The notes below the pieces were generated by a model. It saw only the letters and a program-made list of their open reading frames with translations, did no database searches and was not told the DNA's origin. Source: Bacteroidales bacterium (GTDB taxonomy: Bacteria; Bacteroidota; Bacteroidia; Bacteroidales; UBA1402). From it: 35,718 nt of DNA. Positions within the stretch are counted from its first letter, which is position 1, and the number at the start of each line of letters is the position of its first letter. The stretch is taken from NCBI GenBank assembly GCA_045599885.1, contig JAZRWU010000185.1, positions 1 to 35,718 on the forward strand, in the 5' to 3' direction. The translations under genes were made by a program, and so were the position numbers. Shown in pieces: positions 24,608 to 33,411 of the stretch.

Positions 24608-25481
24608 TCTTGCAATTCGTTTCAAACAGGGCAACGTCGCTGTCAAATTGATATATATCAATTCGCTGGTGTTTGTCTTGCAGTGGGCATGGATGTTTGT
24701 CTGCCGTTTGCTCCACATGAACGCATCTGCTGTTTTGCTGCTTCAGTTGCCGGCCGATATGGGTGCGCTTTTGCAGCGTCCGTGGAGCATTGTCACCTAT
24801 ATGTTCATGCACAGCGGCCTGACTCACCTGCTGCTGAATATGATATGGCTGTATTTTTTCGGCACCTTCTTTCTTCAATGTTTCAATAAGCGGCAGTTTG
24901 TCGGATTGTATCTTGTGGGAGGAATCATCGGTGCTCTCTGTTTTGTGGCTGCCTACAATTGTCTTCCCGGATATCAGGATGCTTTGGACCACAGTCTGTT
25001 GTTGGGCGCCTCGGCGGCCATTATGGCACTGACGATTGCGGTTGCCTGTTATCGTCCCGACCAGAAAACCAATTTGCTGTTTTTGGGGCAGATTTCTATG
25101 AAATGGATAGCTGCCATTGTGATTTTTCTGGATGTGCTCAGTTTGAATGGAGATAATGCAGGAAGCAGTTTCGCCCATTTGGGAGGTGCTGTTTCAGGGT
25201 TGGCTTTCGGACTGTATATGCGTTATGCCAAGCACCGTCAGTTCTCCGGGCCATCCTCCATTCATGAGTGGTTTGAAAATCTGTTTAAAAAGAAAAAAAA
25301 GCAGACAAAATATCGGAGAAGCCAAAATGAATCTACCTTTACCGATCCGGATCAGCAATGGCGCAATCAGAAGAAAGCGGACGAAAACCGCTTGGATTCC
25401 ATACTTGATAAAATCAAGCAGTCTGGGTATTCCAGTTTGACGGAGGAAGAGAAGAAGTTTTTGTTTGAGGCCGGAAAGTAA
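24588..25481 (+). CDS. rhomboid family protein (copy 2) with a lysine-rich linker and conserved-looking C-terminal tail
   Basis: 297 aa and polytopic. Motifs MFMHSGLTHLLLNM, the Ser motif as LGASAAIMAL (GASA rather than GxSG), and His in SFAHLGGAVSGL. The ATG overlaps the copy-1 3' end by 20 nt. Confidence 0.8.
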   Translation: MASFWDNLAIRFKQGNVAVKLIYINSLVFVLQWAWMFVCRLLHMNASAVLLLQLPADMGALLQRPWSIVTYMFMHSGLTHLLLNMIWLYFFGTFFLQCFNKRQFVGLYLVGGIIGALCFVAAYNCLPGYQDALDHSLLLGASAAIMALTIAVACYRPDQKTNLLFLGQISMKWIAAIVIFLDVLSLNGDNAGSSFAHLGGAVSGLAFGLYMRYAKHRQFSGPSSIHEWFENLFKKKKKQTKYRRSQNESTFTDPDQQWRNQKKADENRLDSILDKIKQSGYSSLTEEEKKFLFEAGK

Positions 25482-25499
25482 AAATTATATCTGAGTGCT

Positions 25500-26648
25500 A
25501 TGGGAAAAACGAAAGAAAAGCATAATGAAAAGCCAAAGCAGTCATCTTTTCAAGGATTTCTGCACCATTTCAGCACAGCCGTAATGATTATCCTGACGGT
25601 CATAATCGCTGTTCTGTTGCTGATATCCGCCAAGGCGTCCTGGTTGAATCCTTCCAAAGCATTTTTGAGCAATTTCCCCAATTACGTTTTCCTGCCATTG
25701 GTTTTAGCTAATGTCTTGATGTGTTTGTATTGGATTTTCCGATGGAATCCTTGGGCTTTTCTGCCTTTGGTCATGATGATAGTGACATTGGGTGATTTCA
25801 AAACCTGGCTTCCCATTCATTTCAAATCAGATCCGATAGAAGAGGCGAAGTCTGTCAAGTTATTGACTTACAATACGATGCAATTTTCGAAATTGAAGAA
25901 GCCGCGAAAAGACAAGCCCAATCCCGTGTTGGATTATCTGTCTCATTGTGATGCGGATATTCTTTGCCTGCAGGAAGCTGATTTTTCCAACATCACTTCG
26001 AGCAATCTTTCGAAAGCGGATATCTTATCGTCTTTGTCACAATATCCTTATCAGTGTAATGTCTATTATTCACATTCCAATGAAAGAGGCTTGTGGGTGT
26101 TCTCAAAATACCCTGTAAGTCAAGCTGTCCGAATCAATTATCCAAGTGCATACAATGGCTCTTTTTATTGTGATGTGGATATTGACGGCACCAAGGTCCG
26201 CCTGTTCAACAATCATCTTGAATCCTATAAGCTGACGGCTCAAGACAAAGAAAAGTACAAAGATGTCCATGATAAGGATACTTTCATGGAAGCCGCCCAT
26301 ACTCTGGGAGGAAAACTTGCCCGAGGGGCATCGGCCCGTTCTGTGCAGGCCCATGCCGTCCGGGAGCAGATCAGGCAGTCTCCTTATCCGGTGCTTGTAT
26401 GCGGCGATTTCAATGATATTCCCAATTCCTACACATATCGTACGATACGTCGTGGCCTGACAGACGCATGGACATCCAATTCGAGTGGATTGGGTATTAC
26501 TTTCCATGAGAAAATTTATCGCTTTCGGATAGATTATATCTTGCATTCTCCGTCCATTAAGTCGTTTGGGACGGAAGTGGACCATGTCCCATATTCAGAC
26601 CATTATCCACTATGGACTCGTTTTCAGATAGGTCAGGAAATGGATTGA
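25500..26648 (+). CDS. membrane-anchored endonuclease/exonuclease/phosphatase (EEP) family protein
   Basis: 382 aa. About 100 N-terminal residues form hydrophobic helices. An EEP core follows: LLTYNTMQF, DILCLQEAD, VCGDFND, and a C-terminal SDHYP. Confidence 0.8.
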   Translation: MGKTKEKHNEKPKQSSFQGFLHHFSTAVMIILTVIIAVLLLISAKASWLNPSKAFLSNFPNYVFLPLVLANVLMCLYWIFRWNPWAFLPLVMMIVTLGDFKTWLPIHFKSDPIEEAKSVKLLTYNTMQFSKLKKPRKDKPNPVLDYLSHCDADILCLQEADFSNITSSNLSKADILSSLSQYPYQCNVYYSHSNERGLWVFSKYPVSQAVRINYPSAYNGSFYCDVDIDGTKVRLFNNHLESYKLTAQDKEKYKDVHDKDTFMEAAHTLGGKLARGASARSVQAHAVREQIRQSPYPVLVCGDFNDIPNSYTYRTIRRGLTDAWTSNSSGLGITFHEKIYRFRIDYILHSPSIKSFGTEVDHVPYSDHYPLWTRFQIGQEMD

Positions 26649-28858
26649 GCCCATTGGCGGATGTTGTCTTGCCTCTGTCTTTTGGTGATACTTTGACCTA
26701 CGAAATCCCGGAAGAGATACGCGGCATGGTGGCTGTGGGGTGTCGTGTTACGGTGCCGGTATCCAAAAAAATTTACACGGGGATTGTCTACAGGCTTCAT
26801 TCAGATATTCCTGCCGGATACAAACTCAAGAGAATCATCAGCTTGGTGGATGAAAATCCGATACTTACTCCCACACAACTCGCTTTTTGGGACTGGTTGT
26901 CTTCTTATTATCTGTGTACCAAAGGCGATGTGATGAAAGCGGCTCTTCCGTCTGGTCTCAAAGATGAGGAAGCCTTTCATCCAAAGACGGTTCAAATGCT
27001 GAAATTGTCCGATGAAATGGACATAAATATGCTTGGAAAACGCGCTGCGAAGCAGAAAGAGCTTTTGGAACTGTTTATGGAGAAGGCATCTCATGCAGCG
27101 ATTCCCCGGAAGCAGTTCATCGCGCAAAACGAACCGGTAAGTCTGGCTTCGCTTAAAGGTTTGATAGAAAAAGGCTTCATTATCCAATACGAGGAGGAAG
27201 TGTCGCGAATTGTTTCGGAAACGGCTGCCTGCGAATCTCCAAAAGCCTTGACAGATGACCAGAACCGCGTTTTCTCGAGTATTATAGAACAATGGAAAAA
27301 GAATGATATTTGTCTTTTGCATGGGGTGACATCTTCGGGCAAAACGGAAATATACATTCATCTGATGGAATCCGTCATGTCTCGTGGACAACAGGTCTTG
27401 TTTCTCGTGCCCGAAATCGCCTTGTCGACCCAAATGATGCAGCGTCTGAAGCGGGTGTTCGCAGACCGCCTGGCCGTCTATCATTCTGATATTTCATCTT
27501 CTCAGCGTGTTGAGATATGGAATGATTTATTGCAGAATAATGGCATTCAGATTGTTGTAGGAGCCAGGTCGTCGGTATTCCTGCCTTTCAGTCGTCTTGG
27601 TTTAGTGATTGTCGATGAAGAACATGAACCGAGTTACAAGCAACAGGAACCTGCTCCAAGATATCATGCGAGGAATGCGGCTTTATATCTTGCCAAGATG
27701 TTTTCCGCCAAGTCTCTTCTTGGCACAGCGACGCCTTCCGTAGAGAGTTATACCAAGGCGCGTGAAGGGAAATACGGTCTGGTGGAATTGAATGTCCGAT
27801 ACAGGAATATCAGTCTGCCGGAAATCATCAAGGTGGATATGAAGGAAATACGGCGCCGGAAAATCACGGATTCCCCATTTTCTCCTTTGCTGATAGAAAA
27901 AATATCCGGGGCATTGTCGGAAGGCAGACAATGTATTTTGTTTCAAAACAGGCGTGGGTATGCTCCAGTGATTGTCTGTCACGAATGTTCTTGGACACCC
28001 AGATGCCGTCGTTGCGATGTCAGTCTCCATTTCCATAAACAGAGCAGCCGTTTGCGGTGCCATTATTGCGGTAAGGAATACCGGTTGCCCGAGCGTTGCC
28101 CGCATTGTGGCGGAGAATTGGAAATCAGAGGATACGGAACGGAAAAAATAGTCGAAGAAATCGGGAAATTTTTCCCTGACGCGAAGGTGGCCCGTATGGA
28201 TACCGACAGTATGAAAAGTCAGGTGGCCTATGCCGGGCTGATTGATGATTTTTCTAAAGGCAAGTACGATATACTGGTGGGAACGCAAATGCTGACTAAA
28301 GGTCTTGATTTTGATAATGTCAGTGTTGTAGGAGTTTTGGATGCGGATGCCATGATGAATTATCCTGATTTCAGAAGTCACGAGCGTGCTTTTCAGATGA
28401 TGACTCAGGTCAGCGGCCGGGCGGGAAGGAAGTACGGTCAGGCTTGTGTGGTGGTCCAGACAGTGGAATCAGACAACCCTATTGTCAGCGATGTGATGAA
28501 CGGCGATTATTATCACATGTATTGTCAGGAGATGAAAGAAAGAGAATTGTTCTCTTATCCTCCGTACGTTTATCTGATTGATGTCTGGTTCCGTCATACG
28601 GATGCCGGGGTCGTATTCGGAGCCGCCAATTTTTATGCTGACTGTCTGCGTCAGGTTTTGGAAGATGCTGTTTTCGGCCCTTTCGCTCCTGTGGTGGGAA
28701 AAGTCCGAGGTCTGAATATGCAACGTCTTTCTGTAAAAATACCACCCACTCTTTCTCTGCGCAAGATAAAAGAGTATCTTTGTGAGGTACAAAGTATTTT
28801 GTATGCGCAACCTGACTATCGGCGTGTCCAAATGTATTTTGACGTTGATCCAGTTTGA
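26612..28858 (+). CDS. priA: primosomal protein N' (replication restart helicase PriA)
   Basis: 748 aa. Walker A LHGVTSSGKTEIY and DEAH-type VIVDEEHE. Cys-rich zinc module CHECSWTPRCRRCDVSLHFH...CHYCG...CPHCG. The ATG at 26612 overlaps the EEP gene by 37 nt, and an in-frame TTG at 26645 is an alternative start. Confidence 0.92.
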   Translation: MDSFSDRSGNGLSPLADVVLPLSFGDTLTYEIPEEIRGMVAVGCRVTVPVSKKIYTGIVYRLHSDIPAGYKLKRIISLVDENPILTPTQLAFWDWLSSYYLCTKGDVMKAALPSGLKDEEAFHPKTVQMLKLSDEMDINMLGKRAAKQKELLELFMEKASHAAIPRKQFIAQNEPVSLASLKGLIEKGFIIQYEEEVSRIVSETAACESPKALTDDQNRVFSSIIEQWKKNDICLLHGVTSSGKTEIYIHLMESVMSRGQQVLFLVPEIALSTQMMQRLKRVFADRLAVYHSDISSSQRVEIWNDLLQNNGIQIVVGARSSVFLPFSRLGLVIVDEEHEPSYKQQEPAPRYHARNAALYLAKMFSAKSLLGTATPSVESYTKAREGKYGLVELNVRYRNISLPEIIKVDMKEIRRRKITDSPFSPLLIEKISGALSEGRQCILFQNRRGYAPVIVCHECSWTPRCRRCDVSLHFHKQSSRLRCHYCGKEYRLPERCPHCGGELEIRGYGTEKIVEEIGKFFPDAKVARMDTDSMKSQVAYAGLIDDFSKGKYDILVGTQMLTKGLDFDNVSVVGVLDADAMMNYPDFRSHERAFQMMTQVSGRAGRKYGQACVVVQTVESDNPIVSDVMNGDYYHMYCQEMKERELFSYPPYVYLIDVWFRHTDAGVVFGAANFYADCLRQVLEDAVFGPFAPVVGKVRGLNMQRLSVKIPPTLSLRKIKEYLCEVQSILYAQPDYRRVQMYFDVDPV

Positions 28859-28898
28859 GATTTATTGATTAGTCCGTTTTCATCGGATATTTTTTGAT

Positions 28899-29876
28899 AT
28901 GATACTGAATTTTATTTTGTTGATTGCCGGTTTTGCCCTGGTCGCCGTTTCCGCCGATAAATTGGTTGACGGAGCCTCCGCCATCGCCAGACGTCTGAAT
29001 GTGTCGGATCTTGTCATTGGACTGACTGTGGTCGCTTTCGGTACGTCCATGCCGGAATTCATCGTGAATATAGTGGCGGCTTTGGAGGGTTCAAGCGAAA
29101 TAGCCCTTACCAATATCATCGGAAGTAATACCATCAATACTTTCATTGTGTTGGGTTTCTCGGCGGCGGTTTTCCCTTTGGTCGCCGAAAAGAGCAGTAT
29201 CCGTTTCGATATCCCGATGAGTTTTTTCGCCGCGGTACTTGTCCTGCTGATGGGGTCCGATTTTTTTGATGGGATATGGGAATCTTCTGGCAATAGTCCG
29301 TTCCATGGGATGAGCCGTGTGGAAGGAGTCATTTTGCTGATGTTTTTCGTATGGTTCCTTATCAGGACTTTCCGTGTGGCAACGAAGAATTCTGTCGCCT
29401 CTGCCGAAACTCAGGCTCCATCCATGAAGATGTGGCTGGCAGTCCTCACGGTTCTCATCAGTTTGGTCGGCTTGGTGGTCAGCGGCGAGCTTATTGTCAG
29501 AAGCGCCACGGCTATTGCCCGTTTTTGGGGTGTAAGTGATGCCGTCATAGGTGTGACCGTCGTGGCTTTGGGGACATCTCTTCCCGAATTGGCTACTTCT
29601 GTGGTGGCAGCATACAAAAAGAATGTTGATTTGGCCATAGGGAATGTATTCGGTTCCAATATTTTCAATGTGTTTTTCATTTTGGGGACCAGCGCGGCGA
29701 TTCATCCGTTGGCAAGTTATGATCATTTAATGGTTGATGCTTCGATGGCCGCTTTGGGAAGCCTCCTGGTTTTGATATTTGTCTCTGGGAAAAAACATAA
29801 AATGGGTCGGATGCCGGGTTGGTTGCTGGTGGCGGTGTATGCCGTCTATCTCTGGTGGCTGATCCGCAATCTCTGA
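28899..29876 (+). CDS. Ca2+/Na+ antiporter, CaCA (YrbG-like) family
   Basis: 325 aa and polytopic, with two alpha-repeats: GLTVVAFGTSMPEF and GVTVVALGTSLPELATS. Confidence 0.88.
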   Translation: MILNFILLIAGFALVAVSADKLVDGASAIARRLNVSDLVIGLTVVAFGTSMPEFIVNIVAALEGSSEIALTNIIGSNTINTFIVLGFSAAVFPLVAEKSSIRFDIPMSFFAAVLVLLMGSDFFDGIWESSGNSPFHGMSRVEGVILLMFFVWFLIRTFRVATKNSVASAETQAPSMKMWLAVLTVLISLVGLVVSGELIVRSATAIARFWGVSDAVIGVTVVALGTSLPELATSVVAAYKKNVDLAIGNVFGSNIFNVFFILGTSAAIHPLASYDHLMVDASMAALGSLLVLIFVSGKKHKMGRMPGWLLVAVYAVYLWWLIRNL

Positions 29877-29919
29877 TTCCTTCCCCGATGTGAATGTTTA
29901 ATAGTCAAATATATTCATT

Positions 29920-31293
29920 ATGAAACAGAAAGCCGTTATTTTGTCAGTGCTGTCACTGCTTTGTTGTATGTCTTGCTCTCATGGAAATCGTGCGGAACGT
30001 GCCGACGACAGTCTGTTTTATGTGACAGATTATGGAGCCGTCTCAGATACCGCCATTCTCAGTACTGAAGGTATTCAGTTGGCTATCAATGCATGCGAAC
30101 AGCGTGGCGGCGGCAAGGTGGTTTTTCCGGCCGGTGATTATAAAACGGGAACCATTATTTTGAAGAACAATGTGATATTGTATCTGGAAGCCGGAGCCAC
30201 CTTGTATGGAAGCCGTTCATTGGACGATTATATTCCTATGAAACCGGAATACAGTTCTCTTAGGACCCAAACGGAAACGGTTCAGCTGATATATGCTGAA
30301 AGTATTCATGGTGCCGGTATCTCCGGATTTGGCACTATTGACGGACAGGGTTCCGGCTTTGAGAAAAAGTCGTGGAATGATGAAGGCATTACCCGTCCGC
30401 ATCTTATCCGCTTCATTACGAGCCAGGATATCACTATCGAAGGGGTGACATTGAAGAATTCTCCCTGCTGGATGCAGCATTATCTGGCCTGCGACCGTTT
30501 GAACATACACGATCTCCGGATATTCAACCGGAATAATTACAACAACGACGCTCTCGATCTGGATGGCTGTCACAATGTGGTTGTCAGCAATCTGATCTGT
30601 GATTCGGACGATGACGGTATTACCCTGAAAAGCACTTCTCCCAGGTCGTGTGAGAATATTTCCATAAGCAATTGTGTCGTTTCGAGCCGTTGTAATGGAA
30701 TTAAGTTGGGGACAGAGACAAACGGCGGCTTTAAAAACATTCATATTTCTGATTGTGTGGTCAAACCCTCTGAAATCACTGAACCAGCGTTTTTCGGCCG
30801 CGAAGGTGGTATCTCGGGTATTTCCCTTGAGATTACCGATGGCGGAATCATGGATGGTGTCACCGTTTCAGACATCCTGATCCGAGGAACGGAATGCCCC
30901 TTGTTTGTTTACCTCGGTCATCGAGCCAGAACATATCAACCCGATGTCACCATCGACAAGGTGGGCGAGGTGCGTCATATCACCTTGAGCGATATTCACG
31001 CGTACGGAGCCGGCAAAACCGGTTGCTCCATTACCGGACTGCCGGGGCATAAAGTGGAAGATGTTGTATTGAATAATATTTCCATTGAATTTGCTGGTGG
31101 CGGCACTTTGGAAGATGCTGCAAGCAAGCCTGAGGAATTGGCAGAGGAGTATCCTGAATCAACGATGTTCGGCACTTTGCCGGCATACGGATTCTATATC
31201 CGTCACGCTAAAGGAGTCGAAATGAACAACGTCCGCCTGACGACCCAGTCTCCGGATGCCCGTCCGATGTTTGTCCGTGAGGATGTGGAATGA
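29920..31293 (+). CDS. glycoside hydrolase family 28 (polygalacturonase-like)
   Basis: 457 aa with a signal or lipoprotein-like N-terminus (LLCCMSCSHG). GH28-type motifs NNDALDLDGCHNV, CDSDDDGITLKS and CNGIKLGTE lie in a parallel beta-helix-like repeat context. Confidence 0.83.
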   Translation: MKQKAVILSVLSLLCCMSCSHGNRAERADDSLFYVTDYGAVSDTAILSTEGIQLAINACEQRGGGKVVFPAGDYKTGTIILKNNVILYLEAGATLYGSRSLDDYIPMKPEYSSLRTQTETVQLIYAESIHGAGISGFGTIDGQGSGFEKKSWNDEGITRPHLIRFITSQDITIEGVTLKNSPCWMQHYLACDRLNIHDLRIFNRNNYNNDALDLDGCHNVVVSNLICDSDDDGITLKSTSPRSCENISISNCVVSSRCNGIKLGTETNGGFKNIHISDCVVKPSEITEPAFFGREGGISGISLEITDGGIMDGVTVSDILIRGTECPLFVYLGHRARTYQPDVTIDKVGEVRHITLSDIHAYGAGKTGCSITGLPGHKVEDVVLNNISIEFAGGGTLEDAASKPEELAEEYPESTMFGTLPAYGFYIRHAKGVEMNNVRLTTQSPDARPMFVREDVE

Positions 31294-31294
31294 G

Positions 31295-33118
31295 TTATTT
31301 GGAAGAAGGACCTTTGTATTCAATCACGAGCATAGTGATGTCGTCATTCTGCTCCGCTTTGGCGCTGTGACTGACAACTGCCTGTAGGACTCCGTTGATG
31401 CAATTCTTGGAGTCATTGTCTTTAACGCTCCGACCGAAAGCCTCCAGAGCCGCATCGTCTCCGAACAGTGCCTTTTCTTCGTCTTCGGCCTCGGTAAGTC
31501 CGTCGGTGTAAAGGAAAAATGAATCACCGGGAGCGATGTGCATCTCTTCCTTGGTGTATGGGAAATTGTCCATAACGCCGAGTGCCAGATTGGCATTGAC
31601 ATCCTTGTAGGACACTTTGAAATCACTGTTCCTGCAGACCATAGGCTTGTTATGGCCGGCATTGCAGTATTCCAGTTTGCCTGAATCCATATCCAGCACA
31701 CCGAAGAACATAGTGCAGAACATAGAGTAATTGTTGCTCGCCACCAATGTATTGTTGATTTCGGTGGCAATTTTGCCGGGGTCGCTTTCCTTGTGGGTCA
31801 CATTGCGGAACAATGCGAGAATGACAACCATATACAGTGATGCGGGAATACCCTTTCCCGAAACATCACCTATGCAGAAGAAAAACTTGTTGTCTCTCGT
31901 AAAATAGTCATACAGGTCACCGCCAACGGTTTTGGCTGGCTTCTGGTATCCGAATACATCGAGCTGATGAGTGAAATCGGGCACCATCAACGATTGGGGA
32001 AGCATACCAGCCTGAATGTTGGCGGCTACGTTAAGTTCCTTTTCAATGCCGGCCTCTTTCATGCTCACATTACGGAACCGATGGAAAACTAGAGTCAGGA
32101 CAAGCGTCATTATCAGAACGCTGATCAAAGATATCAGCGTGGTAATCTTCTTCATCCTATCTACGGCTCCGTAGATTTCCTGCTTCGGGCACTGGATGGT
32201 GATCATCCAATCAGTCCTGGGAACCGGCGAGAAATACATCATATATTCGGTACCGTCAAATCTCATATCGAATTGTCCTCCACCCCGTGATTCCATAAGC
32301 TTTTTGATGTTCTCATCAGCCGAATACGCAATGCCTTCCAATTCAGATACATTCTTCAGCAGTAAACTTTTGTCGGTGTTCGAAACGAAATTGAAATCGC
32401 GGTCAAGCAGGGATACCTGGGCTCCGGGATAAGGGGAAATCTCTGTGCTCTTGCTGCTGAAAGACTCGGTGTCGATATCAACAGCTATAATGGCGAACGG
32501 TTGGCCGTTTTTCAGCACAGGAATCGCGTAGCAGGCAATGACATGACCAATGCTGGAATCTTTGAAAGGGTTGCACCAATGTCCATGTTTCAGCACCGAA
32601 GTCGCAGTGTACCATTCCCACTCGAAACTGTTGGTGATTTCACCAAGGTCAAGACAGTTGTAATCGCCGCTGACATTGGTGACGTAGGGAGTGAAACCGT
32701 ATTGGCTGTTGATTTCCGGATAGACATAAGGTTCGAATTCAATGGCGATACCGCACAGTATCGGGGTGGCTCTCATGAATTTTTCAATCTCTTTATAGAG
32801 TTCATCGGGTGACGGCTTGTGATGGAGGTACGAATCGTCAAGTTCTACATAACCGTCCTGGCCATTTTCCATGACGACGTCGCCAAATACGAGGCTGGAA
32901 AAAGAATATCCCGCATCCTCTACCCGCTGGAGCTGGCCATCGATAAAGGAATTGAGGTAGTCAATGTCTCTCTGGATTTTCTTGTCCACATCGGAGGTGA
33001 CTTCCTGACGTGCGAGATAAAGGCAAACTCCAAAACCAACGGTGAATAAAAGACCGCCCAAAATGATAATCAAAGCGGTAAGGCTGGCTATTCCTTTGAA
33101 TCCGGATGTTTTTTTCAT
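31295..33118 (-). CDS. membrane sensor PP2C/SpoIIE-family serine phosphatase with a ~290-aa extracytoplasmic domain (double-Cache-like size)
   Basis: The track start at 33148 is TTG, and the only nearby ATG is at 33116-33118 (MKKTSGFKG...). TM1 is IASLTALIIILGGLLFTVGFGV and TM2 is ITTLISLISVLIMTLVLTLVF. SpoIIE motifs: GGDLYDYF, IGDVSGKGIPASLYM, FLYTDGLTEAEDE, NDDITMLVIEY. Confidence 0.85.
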   Translation of the reverse strand: MKKTSGFKGIASLTALIIILGGLLFTVGFGVCLYLARQEVTSDVDKKIQRDIDYLNSFIDGQLQRVEDAGYSFSSLVFGDVVMENGQDGYVELDDSYLHHKPSPDELYKEIEKFMRATPILCGIAIEFEPYVYPEINSQYGFTPYVTNVSGDYNCLDLGEITNSFEWEWYTATSVLKHGHWCNPFKDSSIGHVIACYAIPVLKNGQPFAIIAVDIDTESFSSKSTEISPYPGAQVSLLDRDFNFVSNTDKSLLLKNVSELEGIAYSADENIKKLMESRGGGQFDMRFDGTEYMMYFSPVPRTDWMITIQCPKQEIYGAVDRMKKITTLISLISVLIMTLVLTLVFHRFRNVSMKEAGIEKELNVAANIQAGMLPQSLMVPDFTHQLDVFGYQKPAKTVGGDLYDYFTRDNKFFFCIGDVSGKGIPASLYMVVILALFRNVTHKESDPGKIATEINNTLVASNNYSMFCTMFFGVLDMDSGKLEYCNAGHNKPMVCRNSDFKVSYKDVNANLALGVMDNFPYTKEEMHIAPGDSFFLYTDGLTEAEDEEKALFGDDAALEAFGRSVKDNDSKNCINGVLQAVVSHSAKAEQNDDITMLVIEYKGPSSK

Positions 33119-33212
33119 ATTTCGAATATAGTCTTTACATGACAACAACCGCTACTCCGATTCCGATGGAACCTTTGGTAATGAATAACGTTTCCACGAT
33201 AGCGAACTCGTG

Positions 33213-33220
33213 CAAAGGTA
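33213..33220 (-). promoter_or_regulatory. -7 box (TACCTTTG) for the PP2C sensor gene
   Basis: The reverse complement of caaaggta matches TAnnTTTG exactly. It lies 94 nt upstream of the ATG at 33118. Confidence 0.45.
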
Positions 33221-33257
33221 ATATAAACCCCGAAAGTCAGATGAAATACTCTCGGGG
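33220..33257 (-). terminator. terminator hairpin after tRNA-Arg(TCT)
   Basis: The minus strand reads CCCCGAGAGT-(10-nt loop)-ACTTTCGGGG (10 bp, one G.U) followed by TTTATATT. It starts 30 nt after the tRNA 3' end. Confidence 0.55.
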
Positions 33258-33287
33258 CCCATATCCTTTTTTGAAAGGAGATTCAAG

Positions 33288-33361
33288 TGATCCGGTTGGG
33301 ATTCGAACCCAAGACCTACAGCTTAGAAGGCTGTTGCTCTATCCAGCTGAGCTACCGGACC
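33288..33361 (-). tRNA. tRNA-Arg (anticodon TCT)
   Basis: Hand-folded: GGTCCGG TA GCTC AGCTGGATA GAGC A ACAGC CTTCTAA GCTGT AGGTC TTGGG TTCGAAT CCCAA CCGGATC A. Confidence 0.92.
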
Positions 33362-33374
33362 CCATTTGCGGCTG

Positions 33375-33382
33375 CAAAGGTA
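33375..33382 (-). promoter_or_regulatory. -7 box (TACCTTTG) for tRNA-Arg(TCT)
   Basis: Exact TAnnTTTG match on the minus strand, only 13 nt upstream of the mature tRNA 5' end. Confidence 0.55.
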
Positions 33383-33411
33383 GATAATTCACTTGAAACG
33401 TGCAAGAAGAA

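Noticed and set aside
24110-25178. 202-aa and 206-aa minus-strand ORFs across the rhomboid genes
   Set aside because: They are antisense to two genes with clear rhomboid catalytic motifs and have no supporting signals.
25293-25300. A8 homopolymer in rhomboid copy 2 (also T8 at 8022-8029 in recO) as possible phase-variation tracts
   Set aside because: The tracts are short, encode plausible Lys runs in frame, and have no associated invertase or contingency-locus context.
23840-25481. The two rhomboid ORFs as one gene broken by a frameshift
   Set aside because: Each ORF has its own full set of rhomboid motifs (HxxxN-like, Ser motif, His motif) and its own ATG. A 20-nt overlap fits translational coupling rather than a pseudogene.
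26801-28381. 227-aa and 232-aa minus-strand ORFs inside priA
   Set aside because: They are antisense shadows within a gene carrying Walker A, DEEH and the Cys4 zinc modules of PriA.
28873-28897. Possible terminator after priA (tccg-ttttcat-cgga followed by TATTTTTT)
   Set aside because: The stem is only 4 bp, which is too weak to call. It may simply be AT-rich spacer before the antiporter gene.
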